Assembly: GCA_951406725.2 (NCBI GenBank)
Contig: OX597814.1
Span: forward strand, 113,336,001-113,400,000
Direction: 5' to 3'
Source of the DNA: Octopus vulgaris
Lineage: Eukaryota
Length of the DNA: 64,000 nt
The translations under genes were made by a program, and so were the position numbers. Positions within the stretch are counted from its first letter, which is position 1, and each line of letters begins with the position of its first letter. The notes below the pieces were generated by a model. The model was given only the letters and a program-made list of their open reading frames with translations, searched no databases and was not told where the DNA came from. Positions 12,690 to 25,580 of the stretch are shown one piece after another.

Positions 12690-13070
12690 TTTTACTTTTA
12701 CTTGTTTCAGTTATTTGACTGCGGCCATGCTGGAGCACCCCCTTTAATCGAGCAACTCGAGCCCGGGACTTATTCTTTGTAAGCCCAGTACTTATTCTAT
12801 CGGTCTCTTTTGCCGAACCGCTAAGTGACGGGGCCATAAACACACCAGCATCGGTTGTCAAGCAATGCTAGGGGGACAAACACAAACATACACGCACACA
12901 TATATATACATATATACGACGGGCTTCTTTCAGTTTCCGTCTACCAAATCTACTCACAAGGCTTTGGTCGGTCCGAGGCTATAGTAGAAGACACTTGCCC
13001 AAGGTGCCACGCAGTGGGACTGAACCCGAAACCATGTGGTTGGTAAACAAGCTACTTACCACACAGCCAC
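12690..13070 (-). mobile_element. SINE family B
   Basis: Family B sequence on minus; an extra tail fragment at 12587-12633. Confidence 0.85.
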
Positions 13071-13165
13071 ATATATATATATACATACATATATACATAT
13101 ATATATGTATATATATATACATACATATATGTATATACGTATGTGTATATATATAGAGAGAGCGT

Positions 13166-13203
<38 letters not shown>

Positions 13204-13617
13204 AAGAGAGCTATCGATAGATATAGACATATAAATGAGTGCATGGTGTGTGTGTATGTGTGTGTGTGTGTGCGTGTGTTATTTATTTTGGCATGGGTTC
13301 ATTTTTCCTTAGCCCTGTCAGCTTTTTGTCCCCGTTTCAATTAAAATACTTTTATCTTCTAATCTTCAGTACTAAAAATATTTTGTTTATATTTCTCAGA
13401 ATCGTTTCATTGATTATAAAAATGTCGAAACATTTTATATGTTTAACAGACAGTATTGGAAAGACACTGCATGAAATTTTTATCACTACAATTTAATACA
13501 TTCTGTGATGGCCAAATCATAGACTAAGAAGGAAGGAATTCATACTGTATTCTTTTATTCACTATATTCTTTGATTCACTATATTCTTTGATTCACTATA
13601 TTCTTTTATTCTTCGAA

Positions 13618-14310
13618 GGTGGCGAGCTGGCAGAACCGTTAGCACGCCGGGCGAAATGCGTAGCCGTATTTCGTCTGCCGCTACGTTCTGAGTTCAAATT
13701 CCGCCGAGGTCGACTTTGCTTTTCATCCTTCTGGGGTCGATTAAATAAGTACCAGTTACGCACTGGGGTCGATATAATCGACTTAATCCGTTTGTCTGTC
13801 CTTGTTTGTCCCTCTATGTTTAGCCCCTTGTGGGTAGTAAAGAAATAGGTATTTTGTCTGCCGCTACGTTCTGAGTTTAAATTTCGCTGAGGTCGACTTT
13901 GGCTTTCATCCTTTCGGGGTCGATAAATTAAGTACCAGTTACGCACTGGGGTCGATATAATCGACTTAATCCGTTTGTCTGTCCTTGTTTGTCCCCTTTA
14001 TGTTTAGCCCCTTGTGGGTAGTAAAGAAATAGGTATTTCGTCTGCCGCTACGTTCTGAGTTCAAATTCCGCTGAGGTCGACTTTGGCTTTCATCCTTTCG
14101 GGGTCGATAAATTAAGTAGCAGTTACGCACTGGGGTCGATGTAATCGACTTAATCCGTTTGTCTGTCCTTGTTTGTCCCCTCTATGTTTAGCCCCTTGTG
14201 GATAGTAAAGAAATAGGTATTTCGTCTGCCGTTACGTTCTGAGTTCAAATTCTGCCGAGGTCGAATTTGCCTTACATCCTTTCGAAGTCGATAAATTAAG
14301 TACCAGTTGC
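13618..14310 (+). mobile_element. SINE family A tandem multimer (~3.5 x 183-184 bp)
   Basis: One A-box head, then units restarting at gtattt(c/t)gtctg at 13666, 13849, 14033, 14217. Confidence 0.85.
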
Positions 14311-14392
14311 ATACAACTGTCATGGAGGTAAATTGAGATGTATATTTTGAACTTGTGGAAGACACGCGAGATGTCGAAATATTTCTTTAATA

Positions 14393-14513
<121 letters not shown>

Positions 14514-14535
14514 CCCATGAACTGCTCTCTCACTC

Positions 14536-14580
<45 letters not shown>

Positions 14581-14596
14581 TATAATAATAATAATA

Positions 14597-14927
14597 AGCC
14601 CAGCTGACAACAAGGTATACGATAAGGAAGAAAAAAATTCGAGAGATATGATAGGTTAGCTTGGGAAGTTAAGTAGTTGTGGTCGATAAAAAAGGTAGTG
14701 GTAGTAGCAATAATTGTCACAGCCCTGGGAACAGTGAGCAAAAATCTCGAGAAGTACGTCGAACAAATAAGGGCTGCAATAAGGGTGGAGCACTTGCAGA
14801 AAACAGCAATGCTTGGAACCACTCGAATACTCCGGAAGGTGCTCGAAAAATAAGAGGTGTTACCTTAGTTCTCTTGTAGTGAACAGCTGACACTGTGGTA
14901 CATCTCCAGCGTTAGAAGCTGTGCCAA

Positions 14928-14930
<3 letters not shown>
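14597..14930 (+). mobile_element. R4/Dong-like retrotransposon 3' remnant in (TAA)n
   Basis: VVVVAIIVTALGTVSKNLEKYVEQIRAAIRVEHLQKTAMLGTTRILRKVLEK*; (TAA)n on both sides. Confidence 0.75.
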
Positions 14931-15004
<74 letters not shown>

Positions 15005-15024
15005 TAATAATAATTATAAATAAG

Positions 15025-15410
15025 GGTTTCAAAATTTTCCACAAGGGCAGCAATTCTGGGGAAGGGATTACATCATCACCAGTGTGTAACTGGTACTTAT
15101 TTTATCGACTCCCGAAAGGATGAAAGGCAAATTCGACCTCGGCAGAATTTGAACTCAGAAAAGGTAGCTGCAGACGAAATACTTATTTCTTTACTACCCA
15201 CAAGAGGCTAAACACAGAGAGGACAAACAAGGACAGACAAACGGATTAAGTCGATTATATCGACCCCAGTGCGTAACTGGTACTTATTTAATCGACCCCG
15301 GAAGGATGAAAGACAAAGTCGACCTCGGTGGAATTTGAACTCAGAACATAACGGCAGACGAAATACAGCTATGCATTTCGTCCGGCGTGTTAACGGTTCT
15401 GCCAGCTCGC
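15025..15410 (-). mobile_element. SINE family A (dimeric copy)
   Basis: Family A sequence on minus. Confidence 0.8.
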
Positions 15411-16163
15411 TCCCAAATAACAACAACAACAACATCAATAATAATATATTAATAATAATGATGATGATGATGTAATATATACACAGACCCATTCACACAT
15501 ATATGCACATATATTTACACATATATTTAAGTAAGACATAAAATATGATTAGAAAAGAATCTGACTATAAGACTACGCATACGAAAAGCTAAATTTACAA
15601 CTCTTATTCGAGAGTAACCTTTGGTATAAAACAAAAGAAGAGTTTCCTATATAAGGTTATAACGTGATGATATTTTGTTTCTTTGCCATGATGTACTACT
15701 TGGTCGGGGTTCATATTTATACCTGCTTGTTGATCCACGAAAAGTAATTTCTGTGACATTATGATAAGTGACGGCCATATATGTTTAAAACATGTTCAAA
15801 TAACCTGAATGGTGAAGTCGTAAAATATAGTTATATCATACAGTTATATCAACTCCTTCATTCGTTGAGATATTTACCTAGCATCTTCGTATGTGGTTAT
15901 TGTTCCATCGTAGCTTTGTGGTTCTATATATTTCCTAACATAAATAAATGTTAGCAATAAATAAATAAATAAATAAATAAATAAAACTGCTGAGTTTGTT
16001 ACATTTGGAATTTCCCATTAAAATATGGCGGCTACGTTGATGTTTGTAATTATCGTTAATCGTATTCAGTATTTGATGGCAATATTTAAAATATGTGATG
16101 TAACACTGCAACACCATTCACTCCTACTCTCATGTGAGCAAGCATCATACTTACATACTTGCA

Positions 16164-16252
<89 letters not shown>

Positions 16253-16257
<5 letters not shown>

Positions 16258-16411
16258 TGTATGTATATGTATAAATATATTTAAATGTTGAAGTGAATCT
16301 AACAGTTTTGTGTGTTTTTAAATGGCTTATAAACACCTTCCACGCTGCAATTGTTTTTGTTTCACCATATGTATATATATGTATGTATATGTATAAATAT
16401 ATATAAATATA

Positions 16412-16473
<62 letters not shown>

Positions 16474-16585
16474 TGTATGTATATGTATAAATATATTTAA
16501 ATGTTGAAGTGAATCTAACAGTTTTGTGTGTTTTTAAATGGCTTATAAACACCTTCCACGCTGCAATTGTTTTTGTTTCACCATA
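16253..16585 (+). repeat. Direct duplication of a ~115-bp unique segment, period ~216 bp, separated by (TA)n
   Basis: aaatgttgaagtgaatctaacag...tttcaccata occurs twice, identical. Confidence 0.8.
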
Positions 16586-16652
16586 CAATCTCAGATCAAG
16601 TCACTTGCTATGCAAGTAACATCTCCGTAATACACACACACACATATATATG

Positions 16653-16722
<70 letters not shown>

Positions 16723-16766
16723 ATGAAATGTGTACTTACATATAAGAGAACAAAGTGTACGTACGC

Positions 16767-16795
<29 letters not shown>

Positions 16796-16800
<5 letters not shown>

Positions 16801-17073
16801 CATAAGAGGGATCAGCCATATGAATGTGGCTAGGGTCAGGGCGGGGTGCTTACCATACGTTGACAAGAGGCAATAACTTCGAAACCGGTCCGTGTGTAGT
16901 ATCCGTATCTTCGGGGAGGCTGATCTCCCTTTGCTGGCTGGCAAGGACACCGAGATGGTGTCAGCTCTTCTGGTGACGTCGATGTTCGCCTGGGGCTAAA
17001 TGCATCAGTAACACCCCCACCACCCCGCCCTGACCCTAGCCACATTCAGATGGCTGATCCCTCTTATGTTATA
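16796..17073. mobile_element. Small non-coding element bounded by 53-bp inverted repeats, containing an HHR motif
   Basis: 16796-16848 vs 17021-17073 reverse-complementary with one mismatch; adjoins (TA)n. Confidence 0.75.
16854..16896 (+). ncRNA. Minimal type I hammerhead ribozyme, U3-A8 core variant
   Basis: CATACG-TTGACAA-GAGG caataa CTTC-GAAAC CG GTC-CGTGTG: stems I and II pair, palindromic ACCGGT stem III, GUC site. Confidence 0.6.
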
Positions 17074-17112
17074 GAGCAGTTACTGTTTATATCTCGCCCA
17101 GAGATTTATTAT

Positions 17113-17154
<42 letters not shown>

Positions 17155-17158
<4 letters not shown>

Positions 17159-17520
17159 GCAAAATGGGACAAGAACGCAAAACATCCAGATAGACGATAC
17201 AAAAAACACGGACGAGTCATTCGAAGCCTTTAATCTTCAGTCAAGAACCGGATCATCCTCGCAATTTCGGCTAATTAATCTTGAGATTGCTCCAATCTGG
17301 CTAGCCCCAAGGAAAAACTAAGCTAAGAGCATTAGATTCCTTGGAAAAAGGATCGAATGTATGCGAAACAAGGACGAAAAACGGACGATGTTACACGAAT
17401 ACACATACAAAAATAATACGAAAAAACAATAATAATAATAATAATAAAAGGACATAACAACAGGCGTCTTTCGACTGGTGAATTCAGCTGGCGTTTTGGG
17501 AATTAAGCCTTTCGGCAGAG
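17155..17520 (-). repeat. Unclassified interspersed repeat (family E) adjoining (TA)n
   Basis: Homologous copies at ~36190-36310 (+), ~38176-38290 and ~47208-47570. Confidence 0.65.
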
Positions 17521-18309
17521 GAAAAAATCTGAGTATAGTATCCAAATGTATAGTATGAGAGTATCTCCGTGAAGAATATTAAGATGAATATCAATAAAAT
17601 ACAGTGTCCTCATCCGGCTAGCGCACTTTCGCTCTAGTGCTCTGATAAAGCATCATTACAGACAAACACACACACATATAGGTCCTCACACACACACTCA
17701 CATACACACACACACACACACACACAAACAAATACACACACACAAGCAAATACACACACAAACACACACACACAAATACACACACATGCACATACAGAAA
17801 CACACACCCGCAAACACACAGAAACACACACGCACATACAAGAACATAAACACAAACACACACACACACAAACACACACACATACAAACACACACTCACA
17901 CATACATACAAACACATGCAAACACACACGCAAACACACACAAACACACACACACACAGAGAAACGCATACACATACAAACACAAGCGCGCGCGCACGCA
18001 CACACACACACACACACAGAGGCATGCATAAATTTTCCACATCCAATTACAATTGTATGTTGTTCGGTCAGGTCTTCGTAGTTCTTTCACTGGCAGTAGA
18101 TGCTTTGGTAAGTACAGTGAAATCAGAACCCAGAAGAGCGAAACAGAATCGAATACTTTTTGTGTGATGAAGCCAAATTGTCAAAAGATTTCTGCAACGT
18201 TTTCTAACTTTAGACACCACAGCTTTAACTTTGATAACTTTGATAAATTTCGGCCAGTATAGGCACAGGCCATGTCTAACTTAATAGCACCACCTGGTGA
18301 AGTCTTTTA

Positions 18310-18770
18310 GTCATATATGGGGCACCATGGCCCACTCTAGCAAAGAGTTATTATTGTTGGAGACATATCCGGATGTAGGAGGCTGGTCCGGGATTTTTTG
18401 AAGAAATTTGTCCAGGGAACATTTGAATTTTATGGGATTCGTTTTGACGTATTTTGGTATGGTATTAAAGAGAGCTGGACCGGTTGAGGTAAAGTAAATG
18501 TGACGTAATGTTGCTATGTGTACCGAGTTTTTTGTAGTGGGCGAATAGCACGGGGGCCAAGACTTGGATGGATTTTAAAACTGATGCCAACATTATTTGT
18601 GCAATACTGATGGAATATTTTCCACACCACACAAATGATGTAGCGCTCCCGGCGGCGTTGGAGAGGGTAGAGACTGAGTCTTTTTTAGTCGACTCCAATA
18701 ATCAATGCTTCTTATGGCGTCTTTATTTATCAAAAGCTATTCGACACATCTCCACATTCATATCTCCCCC
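18310..18770 (-). mobile_element. CR1/L2-like LINE 3' remnant
   Basis: Minus translation with frameshifts: DYWSRLKK.SLYPLQRRRERYIICVVWKIF...TGPALFNTIPK...FKCSLDKFLQKIPDQPPTSGY. Confidence 0.7.
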
Positions 18771-19356
18771 ACCTGCCTGCTCGTCAATCACTACCTCCCG
18801 GGACACGAAATGATGTTTTTAAAGGAATTGATTGAAGCAGATTGAGAGGTAATTAACTTTAAAACTCGAACTGAAGACGTTGAGTGAAGAAATGCGTTAA
18901 CGGGGGTGCGGTGGGGGTGGAGGAGAAGAACTGGTGTTAAGGAATTAGCAGTAACCACAAGCTTGCTTTTATTTTATTCCACCCCGCTGTAATGTGATGG
19001 AAATATTTTCTTAGAAAAAGTCGTTTTTCAAGAAGATCTTAAATCATTTCAGATCTGTGTAGGATTTCAATCAAAGTATATCAGGATACAAAAAAAAAAG
19101 TCAACAATAAGACTTAATCAACTTTGGAACTTTCTCGAAAGCTGAGAAAGGAACAGAATGGGAAGGTGGTGGAAATGTGCCAAGAAAGGACTTAACTAGA
19201 TATTGGTACATCTTGACGTTCTAAAGAGTCACTAGAATATTGTGAAGACTCTATATACGAACACAATTCGTTCTGGATCCTTGTTCATTAACCAAATCGT
19301 TCGTTAACCAAAATTGTTCATTAACCAAATTATTCGTTAAATGAGTAATTGAAATA

Positions 19357-19690
19357 CAGTGGTACTGCAGTTTACGAGCGTCACTCATCACGAACAAATC
19401 ACTTTACGTACAATATTTTCGAACATAAAATGTCTCGGATGAAGAACGGTGTCTTGTGTAATGAACATGTCTTGAGTAGCGAACACACAAGCCAGCAATA
19501 ACGGTTTGCGACAAGCTGGCAGTATCAGCGAAAGAGCGTCAGTTGTTGCATAGTTTTCGCTCAGTGCACATTTCTGCTCAACTTCGCCGTGTCTTCTCGT
19601 GAATTTCCTATGCGAAAAATAGTTTCGGCTTACGAATATTTCGGGTGACGAACGGACTTCAGGAACAAATTAAATTCATAAACAGTACAT
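19357..19690. mobile_element. Degenerate pogo/Tigger-like MITE
   Basis: Starts TA|CAGTGGTACTGCAGTTTACGAG with internal ACGAAC sub-repeats; right end degraded. Confidence 0.4.
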
Positions 19691-20585
19691 ATAAAGAAGA
19701 GTAATTCGGATTCAAACCACACACGAACTCCACAGAAAGGTACGTGCCAACAGTGTTTAATTTTCATGCTAAATATTACCTCATAGTAATATTTAGTATG
19801 GGGTATACCCAAAGATTATAGCCATCACTGCGTTGCTAAATTAAGTAATTAATTAAATAAAATTAAATGAATAAAATTTACTCGATACACAAAACAGTCG
19901 CAAGCGTCTATTATATGCTTTATACTACCTCACCGTGGACAGTAAAAAAGCGGTTGATGGGCAGTCAATTTCTTTATTAACCATGAGGTTGAGAAAAAGA
20001 GGGGACGATACGAGGACAGACAAAACAAACATTCGTGTCAGGGTATTGAATGAGACGAAACGTATGAGTAAACAAACAATTAAAATATATACAATTAAAT
20101 GAAAATGAGTGATTTACAAAAACTGAAGCCGAGGACAAATTTATTTACATTATAATATAATATAATATACAATAAAAAATATAATATAACAATTATAAAT
20201 CCAACAATTTGCTTCGACTCATATCCATTAGGGAATTTGTTTTAAAAAATTCCCATTTATGGATACAATTTTCCTCAGGGTGATATTTGTTAAAAAAAAC
20301 AGACAAAACTTCCATGGAAGGACTGCTAAATTATAAAACAGACTGATTAAAAATATACCTCTGTTTACAATACAACTATTGACTTTAATTTATTTCCTTC
20401 TATAAAACTAAAATTCTGAAACATTATCTGTATATTATTATCTTTTTTATCTAAGAAATAATATACTTTATAATAATCGTAGCTTTATATATTTGTTTAA
20501 TTAATTTACGGTGGTGTTTTTCTCTGATAAACAAAGTAAATTTGTGTCTTCTTATTGTTATTTACTAAGAATAATGCTTATATTG

Positions 20586-20825
20586 TGGAGGCACATGGCC
20601 TAGTGGTTAGAGCAGCGGACTCGCGGTTGAGAGATCGCGGGTTCGAATCTGAGGCCGGTTGATGTGTGTATTTATGAGCGAAACACCTAAGCTCCACGTG
20701 GCTCCGGCAGAAGGTAATGGCGAACTTCTGCTGACTCTTTCGCTCACTCTTTCCTTCTGCATCTTGCAGCTCACCTGCGACGGACCGGCCTTTATGAGCC
20801 AGGCATGGCTCGAGAAGGAACAAAC
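20586..20825 (+). mobile_element. tRNA-derived SINE family C
   Basis: A-box TGGCCTAGTGG, B-box GGTTCGAATC, GCAGAAGGTAATGGCGAAC motif reminiscent of RTE-related SINEs; approximate TSD aatg(c/t)ttatattg. Confidence 0.8.
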
Positions 20826-20874
20826 AATGTTTATATTGGAACGAATAAATAAATTAGAATAATTATTATATATA

Positions 20875-20969
20875 GCTCTGTATTTAAGAGATGAGGAATT
20901 ATGTACATTATTTACATTTGACCTCACGGCATATGGTGTAGATTCCGAGTTCGATTCCAATCAATGACA

Positions 20970-21008
<39 letters not shown>

Positions 21009-21137
21009 TCGAAAATTACCTAAGGAATGAAAACCTAGGTTCGAAATTTCCCCACGATACCTGATGAAGGCTGGAGGGTATATCAGCCGAAACGTTGTGT
21101 TAACAAACAAGATGAGGACAAATATCCGTCAAATGTA
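20875..21137 (+). mobile_element. Family D element (tRNA head + HHR), internally deleted, with inverted 3' tail at its left end
   Basis: Same sequence as 49519-50174; direct repeat aataattattatatata at 20858-20874 and 21138-21154. Confidence 0.75.
21056..21101 (+). ncRNA. Minimal type I hammerhead ribozyme (family D)
   Basis: GATAC-CTGATGA-a-GGCTG gagggtatat CAGCC-GAAAC GTT-GTGTT. Confidence 0.65.
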
Positions 21138-22617
21138 AATAATTATTATATATAATCATATATCTTTTTGAATAATTATGCGTATGTGAGTATTTCTTGT
21201 AGTCCTTGTAGTATTTAATATATATAGTCATATTATGTTCTTTCGAACTTGTATACACATATAAATTTATAGAATAATAGAACTATTAGCTAACCTTAAT
21301 TTATTTATTTCTGTAAAACTAAAAAAAATTCTGATGTTTTTTAAATATATTTATCTAAATATTATCCTCATTATTATGTAAGAAATGGTATAGTTTATAA
21401 TAATCTTAACTTTATATATTTGTTTAACATCAGCGTATTAAGTAGAAATTTTTGAGTGAATGAATCGTTGATTAAGAATTTTTTAATGAATTTAATGTCT
21501 GAATTAAATATATCCATATTCAGTTATTCGTACTAACACAAACATTATTCTTAGTAAATAACAAGTAAAAAAACACAGATTTACTTAGTTTTTCAGAGGG
21601 AAATACTATCATAAATCAATGAAACAAATGTATAAAGCTACGATTATCATAAACTACATTATTTCTTAGATAAAAAAGATAATAATATATATATAAAGTA
21701 TGTACATATAGTTCAAATTTACAAAAAAAAAAAAAACCACTAAAAACAAAAAAACAAAACAAAAAAAAGACGAAAACAGGTGAAGGAACAACAAGTAGGT
21801 GTACTAGTTTAATGCTCGGGAAGAATGGAAAAGTCTTCGACGTTTCGAGCCTACGATCTTTGACTGGAAGGATTGAGAGGAAAAAAATGGAGAGAGAACG
21901 AAAATGTATAGGGAATAACGGTTCAACTTGAAGAAATGGCCGGAAGAAAGAGGCTGAGTGAAAGGGAGATAATAACGGTGACCCCGGCCGAACTAGGGTG
22001 CGCAAGCGGCGCGTGTGTGTATATGAGAATGGTGTGTGTGAGCATGCATGTGTGAGTGGGAGCGAGCGCACGTGATTGTATGCGTGGGCAAGTTTAAAAT
22101 TATGTGGGCCTGTGTGTGTGTATGTGTATAAGTAACATTGTGTGGAGTGATGAGCAATTCATGTATTGGTGTGTATGTGTTTACGCGTATGGACGTGTGT
22201 ACATGAATATATACATATACGTAAATAAATATTTTATATATATGTTGTGACAGAAAATGAGAGAGAGAGACATATTAATTGGTAGCTCGGTAAATATTTG
22301 TGCACATCTTTCGACACAAAGCTAAGTGCAACACCACCTTATGAGTGTAAAAACGTTCCGTCATCACATTGAAATAAACAATTCTGTCTGTTGGTGTTTG
22401 GTTGTTTTGCACACTTGATATCTTTGGAAGATATTGTTCAATGTAATAGGAGCTTCATAGTGTCTTACTCAAGCGTTTGTCGTCAATCAGAGAGAGAGAG
22501 AGAGAGAGAGGTAGAGAGAGAGAGGAATAGAGAGAGAGAGGAAAGAGAGACATATACATACATAATCATATCTATATTTAAATGTCTATCTTTGTGCGTG
22601 TGTGTGCATATATGTAA

Positions 22618-22654
<37 letters not shown>

Positions 22655-22908
22655 AAACATTCCTGTCACAACCTGAGATTTCGAAGACTGCTGAAAGTAT
22701 ACTAGTCCCTTAATATTTGATATTCAGTATTTCATCTATTCAATACGACAATCAATACTTCATTTTATTTTACTATATATACTATTTATACTATATATTC
22801 TATATTCTACATTAATATTATAAAGAATATAAGTAAAACATAAAAAACAGACAGAGTTGGAATTCTTTTGAATAATATATATCCCCCTATACACAATCAT
22901 ACAAATCC

Positions 22909-22972
<64 letters not shown>

Positions 22973-23152
22973 TAATAAATAAAATATATGCATACATACA
23001 AACATATATGTACGTACCTACATCTACATGTATATATACATGCATATATAAATATATATATACGTGAGTACAGGACACTACAACTAGTGTTTCAATCCCA
23101 GAGCCTAAGTCTGTGAGGGACCTGGGTATCGATATTTTGTGCTACACTGTTA

Positions 23153-23895
23153 TTACGAAGAGCCTCCTCTAATATGTGGCACTTGGTGAAGAATGGAGTT
23201 TGATATAGCTACTCTCATTTGCACCTCTTGCCGTGAGGTAGGTTCATCTGGGACTCTCGACAGGAAGATGTCCAGCTTTGATTTAAAAACCGATACATCT
23301 ACTTTGTGCAAGTGCCTCAGACTCTTTGGGAGAATATTAAAAAGCTGTGGGTCCTTGAAACCCAGGCTGTTGGAGTAGCTGGTCCTGGAGCGTGATGGCA
23401 TTGCTAGGATCTTTGTCACTATGCAGTGTCGTCCCGTTCTAGCATTGATGTAGCTTACAATGCCAAAATTTGGCACAATTCCTTCCAGGATCTTCCAGAC
23501 ATATATTACTGCATACCTCTCCCGTCTTCTCTCCAGGGAGTAGAGTCTTAGCTGTTTCAAACTTTCCCAGTAGCTGAGCTGTTGCAAAGAAACGATCTTC
23601 TTTGTGAATCTTCTCTGGATTGCTTCAAGGTCCGCTGTAAATTTCACTGGTGGGGGATCATAGCTGTGAGCAGTAATCCAGGCGGCTAAGGACAAATGTC
23701 CGCCAGAGGACCATCATGGTTTCCTTATCTCTGGTTCGGAATGTTCTTAGGATCAATCCATCCAGTCGTCTGCACTTTGTCGCCATCCTGGTAATGCGCA
23801 CTTGGAAAGAGGTATCCTCACTCATGTCGATACCCAGGTCCCTCACAGACTTAGGCTCTGGGATTGAAATTCCCTGTAGACCGGTATATCCTGTA
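23153..23895 (-). mobile_element. CR1/L2-like LINE 3' remnant (RT C-terminus, disrupted)
   Basis: VRDLGIDMS...SRLDYCSQL* then LEAIQRRFTKKI...LRLYSLERRRERY...FKSKLDIFLSRVPDEP. Confidence 0.8.
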
Positions 23896-23897
23896 AG

Positions 23898-23940
<43 letters not shown>

Positions 23941-24091
23941 AATTAAGGACTGAACACGAAAAGTGGACAGTCAACATGCTAGATATAGACGTCAAATCGC
24001 CATTCACCACAAAAGATTATGTTCTCAGATCAAACTCAACACAAAACCATAGCAATAAACAAGTGAAAAATATACGAAATAAAATAATTAC

Positions 24092-24156
24092 CCATGTACT
24101 AAATTAGTTTCAGCTGTTATTTTCCGCAAGGAAAACTGCAGCCATCATCAGCATGG
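24092..24156 (-). ncRNA. Type I hammerhead ribozyme (copy 1)
   Basis: Reverse complement of 24771-24835. Confidence 0.75.
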
Positions 24157-24770
24157 TCCGTTATAAATGTAATTTGCTGGACTAGATGCAAACACGATAC
24201 CGAAATATCGCGTGCATGGAGTTCAGCCTATTACATTTGAATATATCTTTCAAATGCCTTTACTTTGCGCGTTGAAACCCGAGAAAACTAGCCTGCAGCT
24301 AATAATTAGCAGCAGTTAATTTATCGGTTAGAGAACATATTTATTTATATAAAATTAATTAAGGGTACAAATTGATATTTATCAATTAAGACCAGTGGTC
24401 TAGCATATTAAAAAAGAATCCGAAGATTAAAATATTTATATATACCAATTAAGGACTGAACACGAAAAGTGGACAGTCAACATGCTAGATATAGACGTCA
24501 AATCGCCATTCACCACAAAAGATTATGTTCTCAGATCAAACTCAACACAAAACCATAGCAATAAACAAGTGAAAAATATACGAAATAAAATAATTACCCA
24601 TGTACTAAAACTGCTGCTAATTATTAGCTGCAGGCTAGTTTTCTCGGGTTTCAACGCGCCAAAGTAAAGGCATTTGAAAGATATATTCAAATGTAATAGG
24701 CTGAACTCCATGCACGCGATATTTCGGTATCGTGTTTGCATCTAGTCCAGCAAATTACATTTATAACGGA

Positions 24771-24835
24771 CCATGCTGATGATGGCTGCAGTTTTCCTTG
24801 CGGAAAATAACAGCTGAAACTAATTTAGTACATGG
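24771..24835 (+). ncRNA. Type I hammerhead ribozyme (copy 2)
   Basis: CCATG-CTGATGA-t-GGCTG ca GTTTTCC ttgc GGAAAAT aa CAGCT-GAAACTA att TAGTA-CATGG; predicted cleavage after GUA at 24830. Confidence 0.78.
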
Positions 24836-25277
24836 GTAATTATTTTATTTCGTATATTTTTCACTTGTTTATTGCTATGGTTTTGTGTTGAGTTTGATCT
24901 GAGAACATAATCTTTTGTGGTGAATGGCGATTTGACGTCTATATCTAGCATGTTGACTGTCCACTTTTCGTGTTCAGTCCTTAATTGGTATATATAAATA
25001 TTTTAATCTTCGGATTCTTTTTTAATATGCTAGACCACTGGTCTTAATTGATAAATATCAATTTGTACCCTTAATTAATTTTATATAAATAAATATGTTC
25101 TCTAACCGATAAATTAACTGCTGCTAATTATTAGCTGCAGGCTAGTTTTCTCGGGTTTCAACGCGCCAAAGTAAAGGCATTTGAAAGATATATTCAAATG
25201 TAATAGGCTGAACTCCATGCACGCGATATTTCGGTATCGTGTTTGCATCTAGTCCAGCAAATTACATTTATAACGGA

Positions 25278-25342
25278 CCATGCTGATGATGGCTGCAGTT
25301 TTCCTTGCGGAAAATAACAGCTGAAACTAATTTAGTACATGG
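25278..25342 (+). ncRNA. Type I hammerhead ribozyme (copy 3)
   Basis: Identical to copy 2, 507 nt downstream; predicted cleavage after 25337. Confidence 0.78.
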
Positions 25343-25580
25343 GTAATTATTTTATTTCGTATATTTTTCACTTGTTTATTGCTATGGTTTTGTGTTGAGT
25401 TTGATCTGAGAACATAATCTTTTGTGGTGAATGGCGATTTGACGTCTATATCTAGCATGTTGACTGTCCACTTTTCGTGTTCAGTCCTTAATTGGTATAT
25501 ATAAATATTTTAATCTTCGGATTCTTTTTTAATATGCTAGACCACTGGTCTTAATTGATAAATATCAATTTGTACCCTTA

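Noticed and set aside
13666-14310. Regular repeats resembling a CRISPR array
   Set aside because: Whole 184-bp units repeat with no unique spacers; eukaryotic SINE multimer; no cas genes
17255-17315. Hammerhead-like geometry in family E (GGCTAG...TTAGCC-GAAAT on minus)
   Set aside because: The position of the CUGANGA box reads CCTTGG here and in the 47400 copy; core absent
20590-20655. tRNA-like sequences at SINE heads (also 49920-49990, 56590-56655, 37497-37562)
   Set aside because: No acceptor stem or terminator; continuous with SINE bodies
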